The notes under the pieces were generated by a model, which had not been told where the DNA came from, made no database searches, and saw nothing but the letters and a program-made list of their open reading frames with translations. Below, piece by piece: positions 49,800 through 62,815 of a stretch of DNA of 64,000 bases. The stretch lies in assembly GCA_002269645.1 (NCBI GenBank), contig NIVC01002416.1:8885-72884 (forward strand), written 5' to 3'. How positions within the stretch are numbered: the first letter of the stretch is position 1; each line of letters starts with the position of its first letter. Position numbers and translations under genes: made by a program. Source of the stretch: Macrostomum lignano (taxonomy: Eukaryota).

Positions 49800-50583
49800 T
49801 GTGTGATTACGGTAATGGAAACCCACCTGTGCTGTCGCACCTTTCCATTTTTAATAGTGCTTGTTATTAGCCAGGGTCACATTGGGAACATTCGACCAAC
49901 CTGTAAAGTCATTCAGATAAACATGATAATTTGCCTCAGCATCCAATCGAATGGGCTGCTCTAATTCTTCTATGAACATTCCCTTTGATTCAGTAATTCT
50001 TCCAGTAATGCTGATCGGAATGCTTTCCTTGGAGTGCGGCTTCTTTATAAACCAACTTTTACTTTCATTTTTTACCTAAAAATATTTAAACTTTACTTGC
50101 CAAGTTGTTGATATTTGTGACAATATTAACGTGCTGATTGTCTGCAGGCATTTGTCTAGCTGACACATCAACTCCAAAAATTGACCCACACTAGTTGTAT
50201 TCCTCAGTGACAATAATGTACCTTGAATTGCTACAGGAGCCCTCTTTAATGCAAATATTGTGTCTAGCGTCATTGCGCTCATCTCTACACATATAGGCTG
50301 TATGGGCAACATCAATATCCTTCTCAATGGACTTCAAGTATTCTGCTTTTAGTGCAGTCTTTGGCCCAGTGGTTTCAAGATACAGCTCCACACCAGCTAG
50401 TTTGACCTCCATCGTTGTATGGTCAGCCCCTGTCCAAATTCTTCGATCTCAATCGTCTCTAGTCAGCCCAAGGGTGTAACTAAAGTTGCTTGTCAACCGA
50501 TTAAAACTATTGCAGAAAACACTCATAAATCTCAAAGGTACAAACAATATCGACAGACCTAAACAATGGGTTCTTAGCAGCAT
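49800..50583 (-). pseudogene. Decayed Polinton/Maverick (adintovirus-like) major capsid fragment followed by minor capsid (penton) N-terminus
   Basis: One minus frame from 50583 reads ILFVPLRFMSVFCNSFNRLTSNFSYTLGLTRDD*DRRIW...MEVKLAGVELY...SNSRYIIVTEEYN*CGSIFGVDVSARQ, resembling MCP F.PL..L..F..Y.K...N...EL.L.R, PRYVI and F.FD.S.Q. Another frame at 50040-49850 reads IPISITG...ELEQPIRLDAEANYHVYLNDFTGWSNVPNVTLANNKHY*, resembling penton PI.L...Y...L..F..NS.PN....NNKF. Recognised from memory of family motifs, not by search. Confidence 0.62.
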
Positions 50584-51396
50584 GGGTCACTCGTCACTCG
50601 TCACTCATCTAGCCTAGGTGTTTCCTTTTTTGAAATAAATAAACAAAAAAAAACTCTAATAAAAATTCTCTTACAGGTAAACAAATTAATTTCCAAATAG
50701 AAACTAGAGAATAGTTAAATTATATTGAAATCTCGCAACAAGAATAAACAAACAAACAAACAAAAGCAACGTCACTTAGATTGATGTTTCCATAGTAATT
50801 GTTTAGGATTAAGGGTGTCTCCAAGTGACAGTTTGAATTTATCATAACAGCTGAGTGAAATGCATGCGACAAATGAAATGAAAAGAAATTTATTAATGTT
50901 ATTATTAGGAGCTATTGAAGTTGCTATCCATGGCGCCTATGGTCAAATGATTAATTATCGAATTTATAATTTGTTTGACGTGTGGTAATCACGACATGAT
51001 TTAAAAATACGCAGCTGACGAGCAGGTAAGCACCGTCCGAGCACAAGCAATAGGAGAATTAGTAGTTATCAAGCTTTGCTAGTAACCGATGAAACCGGCC
51101 AATTTGTGATTTAGAATCGCATTTTGCACTTATAAAAAACTCTATTGGGTCTACTTGAGTTAGTAGAAATTCAAGCGCCAACACAATTGAGTTGTTTGCC
51201 TAATAAATAGCATAGCAATGCAATCCTTACCGGGAGGATCAGCCTACTGAATACTTGCGCTTCAATGTCTATGGCCCTAAAAGGGGTCTGTGGAGCAACC
51301 AGCATTGGAAACCTCCCCTTCCCTGCAAACTGATGCATTTTTGAAACAATAAATAATTAAAGCGCTAGTTATTGTCCAATTAAAGGTCAAGAAAAG

Positions 51397-54300
51397 CTAC
51401 TCCCATTCAGTAGTGCCAGGCGGCTTGGAGGTGAGGTCGTACAGAACCCGGCTGATGCCGTGCACGCTGGCCACTTGAGCTACCATGCTGGCCAGGGTGC
51501 TCAGGGCCAGGTGACGGCCGGGAACTGCGGCCAAGCCGGTCATAAAATCGTTGGTGACGAATGGCCTGAGCACGACTGACCGGAGTACCGAGGGCAGCAG
51601 CAGCAGGGGATCGCGATCGAAGTGAATGGGGATCAGGACCACTGGCATCTGGCTGATCCGGCTGTTCGGGCACTCCTGGGATTGCATTCAAAGAGAGGAT
51701 TATTTATCAGGTAAATTTAGCATAAACCAGTGAAAGACTGCAAAAGATCTGATTTATGAATTTGCGTGAACGCATGCATTTAACCCGTGACACATAATCA
51801 TTCTAGAAAATTCGTGAACATACCCAACCAACCAGTGAACATGTCCATCCAGCCCGTGAACACTGCACACCCACCCAACCCGTGAACATACTATCTAACC
51901 CGTGAACACACTGTCTAACCCGTGAACATACTATCTAACCCGTGAACACACTGTCTAACCCGTGAACATACTATCTAACCCGTGAACACACTGTCTAACC
52001 AACCCGTGAACACACTATCTAACCCGTGAACACACCTATCCGACCCGCGAACACACCTATCCAACCTGTGAACACGCTCATCGAACCCATGAACACACCT
52101 GGACAGGACCACAGGTTGAATAGGTGAACACACCTATTCAACCTGTGAACACACTCATCCAACCCGTGAACACACCTATTCAACCTGTGAACACACTCAT
52201 CCAACCCGTGAACACACCTATTCAACCTGTGAACACACTCATCCAACCCGTGAACACACCTATTCAACCTGTGAACACACTTATCCAACCCGTGAACACA
52301 CCTATCCAACCTGTGAACACAATCATCCAACCCGTGAACACACTCATCCAACCTGTGAACACACCTATTTAACCTGTGAGCACACTCATCCAACCCGTGA
52401 ACACACCTATTCAACCTGTGAACACACTCATCCAACCTGTGAACACACTCATCCAACTTGTGAACACACCAACCCGTGAACACACTCATCCAACCCGTGA
52501 ACACACCTATTCAACCCGTGAACACACCTATTCAACCCGTGAACACAACGCACCAACCCGTGAATACACTCATCCAACTCGTGAACACACCAACCCGTGA
52601 ACACACTCATCCAACCCGTGAACACACCTATTCAACCCGTGAACACAACGCACCAACCCGTGAAAATTCGATCACCCAACCAACCAGCCCACAATCAATC
52701 GCTCACCCTAAGCACGGAATGCGCTTTATCGTCAGCTATTCTGAGCTGGTCCAGCACAGGTGGTGACAGCAGAGTCTGGGTGACGTCGGTCACGGGATAC
52801 TGTATGGCCGGGCCAAAGGCGTACACAACCCGGTTAACGCTGTGACAGACTCTGGGCAATAGGCGAGCAATGTAGAACAGATCAGGCCAATTGGGCTCGG
52901 GACTCGAGCTGGACAGGGCCACAGCATAAGAATAGGTGCGCCTGTCGCCCTGCACTCCCACAGTGTTCACCGGCAACAGATGGCCCTGAATGTCGGACAG
53001 CCGACTGAGCTGATCAATTTCACTGGCGGTGAGCAGCTGGCGTAGACGCGACAGTTGAGGCACCTGACGTTCGCCGGCGCCAATTGCTGGCGCAGAATTG
53101 CGCAGGTCGAGCAGCAGGCGAACCGCTGCGGCGGTCTCCATGAAGTCCTTGTCCATGTGGGGCTCCCTGGCGCACAGGACTCGGATTGCTAGACCCGGCC
53201 CGGGGAACGGGTGCCGCGACACCAGGGCGTCCGGGAGGCCCAGATCGCGGGCGATTGTGCGCACCTGGAATGGTTTGTGAGTGTATGAAAGGCTGAGCGA
53301 TGGATGAAGCACTGATGCTGAGCGATGGATGAAGCAGAGAAGCTGCGTGGCAGATAAAGTACAGATACTGAGTGACGGATGAAGCAGAGAAGCTGTCTGA
53401 CAGATGAAGCACAGAAAGGCTGGGCGATTGAATGAAGCAGAGGCTGTGTGATAGATGAAGCAGAGAAGCTGTGTGACAGATGAAGACAGATACTAGGTGA
53501 CGGATGAAGAAGAGAATCTGTGTGACAGATGAAGCACAGAGAGGCTGTGTGATAGATGAAGCACAGAAACTTAGTAACGGGTGAAGCAGAGAAGCTGTGT
53601 GACAGATGAAGCACGGAGAGGCTGAGCCATAGATGAAGCACAGATGCTGGGCGACAGATAAAGCAGAGATGCTTAGCAGAGGTGAAACAGAGGTTGGCTA
53701 ATACATCAGGGATATTACATAAGACTGGCACCTCATCCTTGTGAAAATCCTTCAACGGTTCGATGACGCGGCCTCTAGCGCGCAGTTCGCGCACCAGATC
53801 GGTGTCATTGTGATGAGTCTTGATGGCGTCGGCCCGATGAGAGGCGATGGTGGAGGCGGACTCGATGAGGTCGGGCCGCAGGGTGCCCTGGGCCAGGTAG
53901 ACCTTGTCGGGGTCCAGCTGCAGCTCGGCAACAACGTCCTTGGCAACCAGCATAAACAGATCGCCAATAATCTGGCGCTTCTCCTCGGGGTGGATGACGC
54001 CGGACAGGGGGCCGAGCCGGACGCGGCGCTCGGCCGTCTCCTTGCCGACTGTGACCCGGCGCAGCTGGGTAGTGCAGCCGGCCAAGAACTTCAGCGAGGC
54101 GTCGATTAGGCGAACCTTCACAACCGAAAGAAGAGCATTTGAAAACATCTTAGAAAACTGATAGATTCTACTACACTACTTATTATAAAAGCAAAAGTAG
54201 TATGTAGCATTATTTTAATCTAGGTTGGTTGCTATTTTTATAGGGACTATGAATGCCTAGAGTTAGACATTTTTCTACGGCTGCGTTAACACTAATAAGG

Positions 54301-56689
54301 GATAAAAATCCCTTATTGATGTCTACTTCTCGGTATGGGAATAAAAATCCTCCATTGATACCTACTCGGCTACTCCTAAAAATGGGGATAAAATCCCTTA
54401 TTGATGCCTGCTCCTCAGAATGGGGATAAAAATTCCTCATTTATTTTTACTCAGTATAGGGATAAATTGATGTCTACTCCTCGGTATGGGGATAAAAATC
54501 CACTATTGATGTCTACTCCTCAGTATGGGAATAAAATCCCTTATTGATATCTGCTCCTCAGAATGGGGATAAAAATTCCTTACTGATGTCTACTAAGTAT
54601 AGGGATAAAAATCCCTACTGATGATATGACTATTTCTCAGGATGGGGATAAAAATCCCTACTGATGATATGACTATTTCTCAGGATGGGGATAAAAATCC
54701 CTACTGATGATATGACGATTTCTCAGGATGGGGATAAAAATCCCTTATTTGCGTGCATAGGCACCTAGAAGACTGTGAAATAAAGAGCTAATGATAAAGA
54801 AACCACATGCAATGCAATCCCTTAGACGCGTGTAGAACCCCCCAGCTACAACAGACCTGCAATCCAAGCGCCGCTAAGCTCTTAATCACAAGGCTGCTCT
54901 CGCGCAAGCGCATAAATCCATTGTCAATGTGCACAGCAACAATCTGGTCGGGCCTGAGGGCTTTGGCCAGCAAAGCGGCGCAGGTGCTGCTGTCAACGCC
55001 GCCGCTGAGGAGCATCAGGACTCGGCAGTCCGAGGGCACGGACTCACGGATGTAGCTGCGGGTTGGGGGGTTTTGAAGCTAGGAAATTAAATACCTGTAG
55101 AATGGGATATCTATTGGCTATAATCCCTAGAATGGGATATCTATTGGCTATAATCCTTAGAATGGGATTTGTTTGGGCTATAATCCCTAGAATGGGATTT
55201 GTATGGGCTATAATCCCTAGAATGGGATTTGTATGGGCTATAATCCCTAGAATGGGATTTGTTTGGGCTATAATCCCTAGAATGGGATTTGTAGGGGCTA
55301 TAATCCCTAGAATGGGATTTGTATGGGCTATAATCCCTAGAATGGGATTTGTATGGGCTATAATCCCTAGAATGGGATTTGTATGGGCTATAATCCCTAG
55401 AATGGGATTTGTATGGGCTATAATCCCTAGAATGGGATTTGTATGGGCTATAATCCCTAGAATGTGATTTGTAGGGGCTATAATCCCTAGAATGAGATTT
55501 ATAGGGGCCTATAATCCTTAGCATGGATTTGTATGGGCTCTAATCCCTAGAGTGGGATTTCTATGAGCTATCCCTAAAATGGGATTCCGATGTAGCATAT
55601 CCCAGAGTCCCGAAGATTCCTAGATATCATTCCTTATAATCCACACAACTCAACTCTGATAACAACTTGAAAAGCTTAGGAGTGGGTCGCACTAAGCAGT
55701 GTGGGATCCTATATTAACCCATGGGAAGCGAGCTTCAGCACCAACCTGAGGCAGGAGCTCTCCCGCTCAGCCATTCGATAGTCTCCCTTCAGTCCGGCGA
55801 TGTCGAAGAGAAAATTTCGAAACACGCAGCGGCCGTTTGGCGTCAAATCCACTTCCGGGTGGAACTGGACGCCGTACAGCCGACGACTGGACGATTCTTT
55901 AGTTGCTATGGCAACCACCATGCCGTCGGATCGGCCGATAACGTCCAGTCCAGGCGCCACACGACTGACGTGATCGCCGTGGGTGAGCAGCGCGTCTTCG
56001 CTGGCCTGCATGCCGCGGAAAAGACTACAGGACGTCTCCAACTGGATGGAGAACTGGCCGTCTTCGCGGGAGCCTGCGAGCGACACTTCGCCTCCAAGGT
56101 GTCTGTTAGAGCGGCGAAATGATTTATGACTATTCAATTATGTAAAAAAAAAAAAACAGCTTAGTTCTTAGAATATAAATTAAGAGTTTAAAAAATTAGA
56201 CAGATGAAGCGCTAAGAAGCTGGGTGACAGATGAAGCACAGAGGCTGGATGGCAGATAAAGCAGGCACTATGTGACAGATGAAGTACAGAGGCTGGGGGA
56301 GAAGAGGCAGAAGACAGGACAAACAAGGTCAGAGGACTCCCTTTGCCACAGACAGCGCAGACCCACTTATTAAGCAGCTGCATGCCATAGCAGATGCCCA
56401 GCACTGGCAGGCCGCAGTCGAACAAACGCTGATCATAGGCCGGCGCATCCGGTGCAATCACTGATCCGGGTCCGCCAGAGATGACAATGGCTCGATAGCC
56501 AGCAGACTTGAGCTGCTCCACCGTGGTTTCCATGGGCAACAGTTCGCTAAGGACACATAGTTCCCTAATTCGCCTGTCAATCACTTTGCCAAACTGGGCT
56601 CCAGCGTCAAGGATTGCAACTCGCTCGTGCTGCAGCTGCCGCTTGGTCTGCTCTGGACTGCCATTGGCATTGGTAGAGACTGGCTGCAT
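51397..56689 (-). CDS. GMPS: GMP synthase [glutamine-hydrolysing]; 6 exons, 699 aa
   Basis: Exons 56689-56367, 56102-55746, 55055-54857, 54115-53732, 53264-52707, 51675-51397; GT-AG, phases compatible, 2100 nt. GATase motifs [41 protein letters not shown]. ATPPase [37 protein letters not shown]-terminal [13 protein letters not shown]. Confidence 0.98.
51825..52665. repeat. About 21-bp minisatellite (AACCCGTGAACACACCTATTC) in GMPS intron 5
   Basis: Read directly. Confidence 0.95.
53290..53700. repeat. Imperfect about 27-bp minisatellite (GTGACAGATGAAGCACAGAGAGGCTGT) in GMPS intron 4; same family recurs at 56200-56310 in intron 1
   Basis: Shared CAGATGAAGCACAGA core in both introns. Confidence 0.85.
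54290..54750. repeat. About 38-40-bp minisatellite (GGGATAAAAATCCCTTATTGATGTCTACTCCTCAGTAT) in GMPS intron 3
   Basis: Read directly; each unit has a GGGAT-AAAA-ATCCC mini-hairpin. Confidence 0.9.
55095..55600. repeat. 30-bp minisatellite (AATGGGATTTGTATGGGCTATAATCCCTAG) in GMPS intron 2
   Basis: About 15 copies. Confidence 0.95.
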
Positions 56690-59689
56690 GCTGCCTTGAG
56701 AAACTATTTACTAGTAGTATTGAACTGGTGTTTGTAATTTTGTGTTTTTAATCAAGGAATTTTTCTTTTGTTTATCATAAATTTATACCAATATTTAAGG
56801 GGCAAAGGATAAAAAGTTGAGAATAAAAATATAATTACTACTATTAGTGTTATGTTTGGGTTTTTATTGTCATGCCATTTCATTGAAGTTCCATATGTTC
56901 TGCAATTTATTTTTAATTTAAATTCTTGTGGAATTCATGATACAACTCTTGCAATTCTTAGGGTCAAAAGACTCAGCAATTTAAAGGTAGAGATATTGGG
57001 ATACCAAAATGCAAAAACCTATTTTCTAAAATCTAGATCGATCGATTGAATGAATACTTTTGTGCATCTAATTACAAATAAGGCAGTTGTTACAGTTTTT
57101 TTCTAAAAAAACTTTTTTCTAAATCAACAATCTAAAAAAACATTGCAACAAATTGTCACAACTATATTTATTAAACATTTATTTTACTTTTTTTACTAAT
57201 TCTGGTTTTAACCTTACAGACTACAATCTATGTGACTGAGATAACAAATTAGTAGACAATAAATATCTAGTAAACAAAATCTCAATTAGAATAAGTCTAG
57301 CTACCTAGGCTTTGGCCAAAGTGGTAGTATTTTAAAACTGACAAGCTTATCTAGCAAGACATTGAGTTTTGTAGAATACCTAGCCCGAATCCTAGAATAA
57401 AGCATCTGCCAATGTTGAGCACACAACTTCCTTTTTCCTAGGCAGTGTTGCTATGCCACTTTTTAAAAATTAGCTTGTATCAGTAACTCAACAAAAAATC
57501 TGAACTTAAACTATAAGTAAAGAGTAGTTGCTAAAATTTCCAAAAAATTACACTGGGTATATGGGTGCACCCAAGTACACAGAGTGATATATCTAGGGAA
57601 TATCTAATCTATGGGTAAGGGTGACTTCTATTGAGGCATAAATAAATATAAAAAAGACACTCTGCAATTGCAAATATGCAAAAAAATCAGATTCTGTTTT
57701 GTATGTTCTATGCCTACAGGCTTATAATATAATTATGACAGATGCTAGCATAAGACTTGTGTCCTGTAAACTTCACCACAATTAGCATTCTAACACTACC
57801 ATTGGAATGAAGATTAAAAAATTATAAGAAATATAGATCTGACTACACTAGTGACTTTTTTGTGGAAATATAAACTAAATAATGTGGATCTCTATTCCTA
57901 TATAGGCCTACTGTATTTAGGTTCATCTTAGTCAAAGAAAACAACTTTCTGATGTAAACTGTGATAGAATACTCAAAGAATAGCTCTATGCAGAGCATCA
58001 AATGAGTGAAATTTCTAATGCTAAATGGAAAGGAACTTAAATTAGCAAAAAATCCACAGAAAAAGCTCATTTGAAAAATTATTATTTAGCAATATCCACA
58101 GAAACAAAAAATCTGCAAAGTGGAAAAAACCTACAGCCCATAGCAATTGTGTTCCTAGGTTTATTCTAATCTGATTGTTTGAAGACCTAGATAAGTGGAC
58201 CAAACATAGAGCCTAGGCAACAATTCACTCATTGGATGCTAATGACCTACTTTTTGAGTTTGTTATAGTGGAAAAAATAAAATACAAACAAAGCCAAGAA
58301 ATTGATTAGCATGTACCTGATAGTATACAAGGATAGCAACAATAAGACTGAGATAAATGAACACTGACAACTATTACTTGACACCATATTTTCAAGCTTG
58401 AGGTGCTCTGACTGCTATCTAGAGACTGCATCAAGCAATTGCTTGGCTTTCTTTGCTTTTATGATTGCCTTGAGGATCCTATACTGGATATTAGAAAATT
58501 CATCCATTCTATTAGAAAATTTTCTAAGAAAATTCATCCATTTTTAAAACAATTTTCAAGGTGCTTGCATGAATATTTACAGACCCGACAAAGAAATAAG
58601 CATTGATAATTTATTATTTCTTTACAAAGGACACCTAGACTTCAAGTAGTACATTCTAACAAAGTGCACAAGGTATCTAAAATAGGCTACTTGTTGAACT
58701 TTTTATTTCACACTACTCTGGAAGATAATTATAGATTTGATATAGATTCACAATGCAAACACCTGCCACATTCAATGAAAAAACGATTGTTGAACTTTGC
58801 CAAGATCTGTTGGTCCAAGGCCACTGCATTTTTGTTGGAAAATGGTTTGGTTCTTTATTGATTGGCTGAGTAGTGAATACCTTCTAGATTGAGATACTCA
58901 TCTAATTATATAAGTTGACCAAGGTGGGCCAAATGAGCTCAGATAGTTAAATATGCTACCTAATGATATCATCTTCATGTGCAAGGGTGCTATGCTAGCT
59001 TTGGTCTTAAAGAAAATGGTTTAAAAAGTGAGATAAGTGATACAAATGAGTCAGCAGCAAAATTTCTAGCCTGACTAATTACCAATAACTTGAGATGGAA
59101 TAATGGCTTTTAGTGCAGAGGTGCTATTCAGCTCTGACTTTTAACTGCTGCATAGGCAGTGTTAAAGTTTCTAGAAGCTAGCATTTGCAAATCCATGCAA
59201 AGCACTAGGATGAGTAGAAGGTGACCAATTGCTATAGCTCAAGCCATTGGGCAAGTCAGCCTATATTTTCCAATGCAGCTTGTGGCCTAAAAAAGTTAGG
59301 CAAGACCAACAGAGTAGTGTCCTATATACTAAATAGCTAAAAGAATCAAACAAATGATCTACTGCTACCTTGCATATCCAAATGCACTAGAACTGTGTCT
59401 AGAGACCTGTTTTTAGCAATGGCATTCTTGAATTTTTTTGTGTTGACAAGCCTATCTAATGCATGCATGCGAAAGGCAAAATATTTCATGTTATAAGCCT
59501 ATTTACTTTTATACTATACAAGACCAACTCCTCTGTTGGAGGAGAAATGGGATAAAACTCCCATTGCCAGAACTCTATTCCCTGAAATCCATTAGCTGAA
59601 TCCCATGACTTGAATTCCATCTTCTAAATCCTCCACAAATCCTCTTTAGAACCTCTCAAATACCATTTCTCTACTGCCATCATTCAGAC

Positions 59690-59896
59690 TGAGACTCTCT
59701 CATGTCTCCTCTCTCTTCTTTGGTCTCTTATCTCTAATCTCTCCTCTCCTCTCTGCTCTTATCTCTTATCTATCATCTATCAACTATCATCTATCATCTC
59801 TCCTTTCTTTGCTCTCATATCTACTCTCTTCTTTTTCCTCACTTCTTTCATCTCTTCTCTCTTGTCTGGTCTCTAATCCATCCTGTCTCTTTTCTC

Positions 59897-59933
<37 letters not shown>

Positions 59934-60640
59934 TTAATCCCCTCTCTCCTCTTTCCCCTTTTCTCTCCTCTTCTCTCCTCTGCCCTCTTATCTTGCTTCT
60001 CTTCTCTCTCCTCATCTCTACTCTCTTATCTCTTCTCTTTCGTCTTTCAGCTCTACTCCCTCCTGTCTTCTTCCTTCTCTCTTATCCATCTCCTCTCCCC
60101 TATCCCATCTCTTCCATTTTCTCCTTCTTCTTTTCTCTTCTCTTCTCATCTTTACCCCCTTCTCTTGTACTCATATCTCTCCTCTCCTCATCTCTCTCCT
60201 CTTGCTCCTCTCTTTTTTCTCTTCTTGCTGTGTCTCTCCTATCTCCTTTTGCTTTTTTTCTTTCATCTCTCATCTCTTATCTATTCCATCCTCCATCTTG
60301 TACTCTCTTTTCTTTTCTCTCTCTACTCTCGTGTCACATATCTATATTCTCTCTACCATTTTCTTTTTTCTCTTATCTTTCTTCTTTCCCTTCTACATTT
60401 TGTCTCATCCTCCTTTCTCTTTTCTCTCTCCTCTATACTCTCTTATCCCTCCTCTCTCTTCTCATCTTTCCTCTTTCCTCTCTTTCTTTGCTCTACATTC
60501 TCTTCTCTTCTTTCTCCCTCTTTGTTCCTGCCTCACTCCCCTCTATTGTTTTTAATCTAGACCTTTCTCAGATCTACTATCTTTTCTTGGTTTTCTATTA
60601 TCTCCCCTCTCTTCTCTTTTCTCTACTCTCTTATCTGAGT
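59690..60640. repeat. CT-rich (polypyrimidine) low-complexity tract
   Basis: Almost purine-free plus strand with an embedded (TC)n run; the L/S/F-rich ORFs here are compositional artefacts. Confidence 0.9.
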
Positions 60641-62120
60641 GACAGAGGCGCCAATAATAAAAAAATTGAAATTTGTCACCCGCCCTAACTTACTAAAATT
60701 ACTCAAATAATAGCTGGCTAGAATGTGCATATGCAACACCCCCTAACTTAATGTCTAACTGACCTATAGCAAAAGTAGCTACAATCTTTGCAGAAAGTTA
60801 GAAGCATGAAAATTGTTTTTGGATGTTGTGCTTTTCAATTTTAAATTTAAAGCAAACAACTTATATCCCAGAATTTAGCATTGCAGGATTTTTCTAGCAA
60901 TATAAGTCTTTTCTTTCAAAGTTTAAAACTGGAGTAATAGTTAGCATTTGAACTTCCCAATTAAAAGCATTGAGCATTGCATATATATTCACCTGCCTGC
61001 TGGTAAGACTTAAAATTTTATGCATTGAATTTCATTGCCAAGCAAATACACAGGGCTACCTTTTGAAAGGCATGAATAACAAAACCAATTGAATTTCAAC
61101 ATAGTCCTATCTATCTGTTTATACTGTACAACTCCTATATACACTCAGTCCAAGCCCAACCCCCCCATATTTTGGGTAAATCATTAAATGTAATTGCACT
61201 CCTAAAATGTGGGAGTTCTATAGGCATTGAATACACAACATGTCTCAGCTACCCTTCCAATATGCAGCAACCTGCAGATAAGGTTGGGGTGGCTTTTTTA
61301 CAAACAGATTGCCAACCCTTTACTAGAGAAGCAACGTGGCCAAAGAAGGTTAAGAAAAGTGTTTTCTGCTTTTTTCAGACTTAATTTTGAAAATTTCAAC
61401 ATTAAAATAGCCTATTTGTTATGTAGGAAAATTCTATATTAATATATATGTCCCACATTTGAGTTGTCAGCCATCAGGAGAAGATATGCATTAAATCTAG
61501 CCAGTCAATCAATCTACTTAGCTTTAGATATAAGATATAAATTGTAGCAGATCTGGCTCTATCTTAAACTCAAGTCTCAAATCTTAGAAGTAAATTGGCT
61601 TACAACATTAAATATAAGAAATTGAAAAAAAATTGTTAGCTTTTCTTTTATGACTAGGCCTATAGTTAAAATTAAATCTAGAATAATAATATCTTGAATT
61701 ACTTACAGGCCTAAGTCATTTGCTAAGAATATAGTATTTAATTCTGATGATATGTTAATTAAACTTATTATTGAGTCACATTGTTGTTTATATGCATGAA
61801 TTATAACCTTTTCTTTGTTTGCTAGGTTCAAGCTTTCTTGTATTGCATAGCACTTTGTATACAATTGATAGAAAATTTTACTATAGATCTTATTTTATTT
61901 TAAATCAAATATATAAACATTGAGTAAAGAATGATAATTTGACAAAGTGCCTGTTTGGCCAATTAAAGCTATTTCTTAATTATAATATTTTTTAGCATTT
62001 TTAAATGAACACAAAAAAACTAATCATTTATTAAGGCTTATCTATTAGAGTATCAAATTAAATATCATCTATTAAAATATCATCTTTAGAAAGCACTTGT
62101 TATTTGCATGGTATTGCTAG

Positions 62121-62815
62121 TGGGAGCACGAGAAATGCCCACAAACAAATTGCCTGTCGAGATTTGCCCGCAGGAGATTTGCCCGTGGAGATTTGCCCGC
62201 CAAGCTTTTCCCGCGGAGATTTGCCCGCAGTGCATTTTGCCCATGAGTGAATTGCCTGTGGAGATTTGCCTGCCGAGAATTGCCCGCCGAGATTTGCCCA
62301 CAGTGCAATTTGCCCGCGAGCAAGTTGCCTGCCAAGTTTTTTCCCACCGAGGTTTGCCCACAATGCTTTTTTCCTGCAGCGCATTTGGCAGCTAGATTCT
62401 GACTGCATGCCCCCCAAAAATATGCATTTGATATGCAGTTACTATCAAAATGTTTTGATTGTGTAAATCTCTTTATTGAGATTAACACGTACTAAGCATT
62501 GGGAAGGCAATGCAAACAAAATCTGCTGCGTCGCTAAATGCGCTGCAGGAAAAAAAGCATTGCGGGCAAACCTTGGCAGGAAAAAACTCGGCGGGCAACT
62601 AGCTTGTGGGCAAATTGCACTGAGGCAAATCTCAGCAGGCAATTCTCGGCCGGCAAATCTCCATGGGCAATTTGCTCACGGGCAAAATGCACTGCAGTCT
62701 GCAGACTGCAGGCAAATCTCCGCGGGAAAAGCTCAGCGGGCAAATCTCCACGGGCAAATCTCCTGCAGGCAAATCTCAGTGGGCAATTTGTCTGCGGGCA
62801 TTTCTCATGGACCCA
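62121..62815. mobile_element. MITE-like element: about 270-bp imperfect inverted arms built from about 15-bp GAGATTTGCCCGC subrepeats around an AT-rich spacer
   Basis: Left TGGGAGCACGAGAAATGCCCAC...GCAGCGCATTTGGC versus right GCTAAATGCGCTGC...GGGCATTTCTCATGGACCCA. No clean TSD identified. Confidence 0.75.

Noticed and set aside
56526-56540. X-box-like GTTTCCATGGGCAAC
   Set aside because: It lies in GMPS coding sequence (LLPMET) and is explained by codon content.
58380-59300. Minus-strand peptide scraps (ILKAIIKAKKAKQLLDAVS; FFIECGRCLHCES) suggesting a decayed transposase
   Set aside because: Too fragmentary and stop-ridden to assign to any family by eye.
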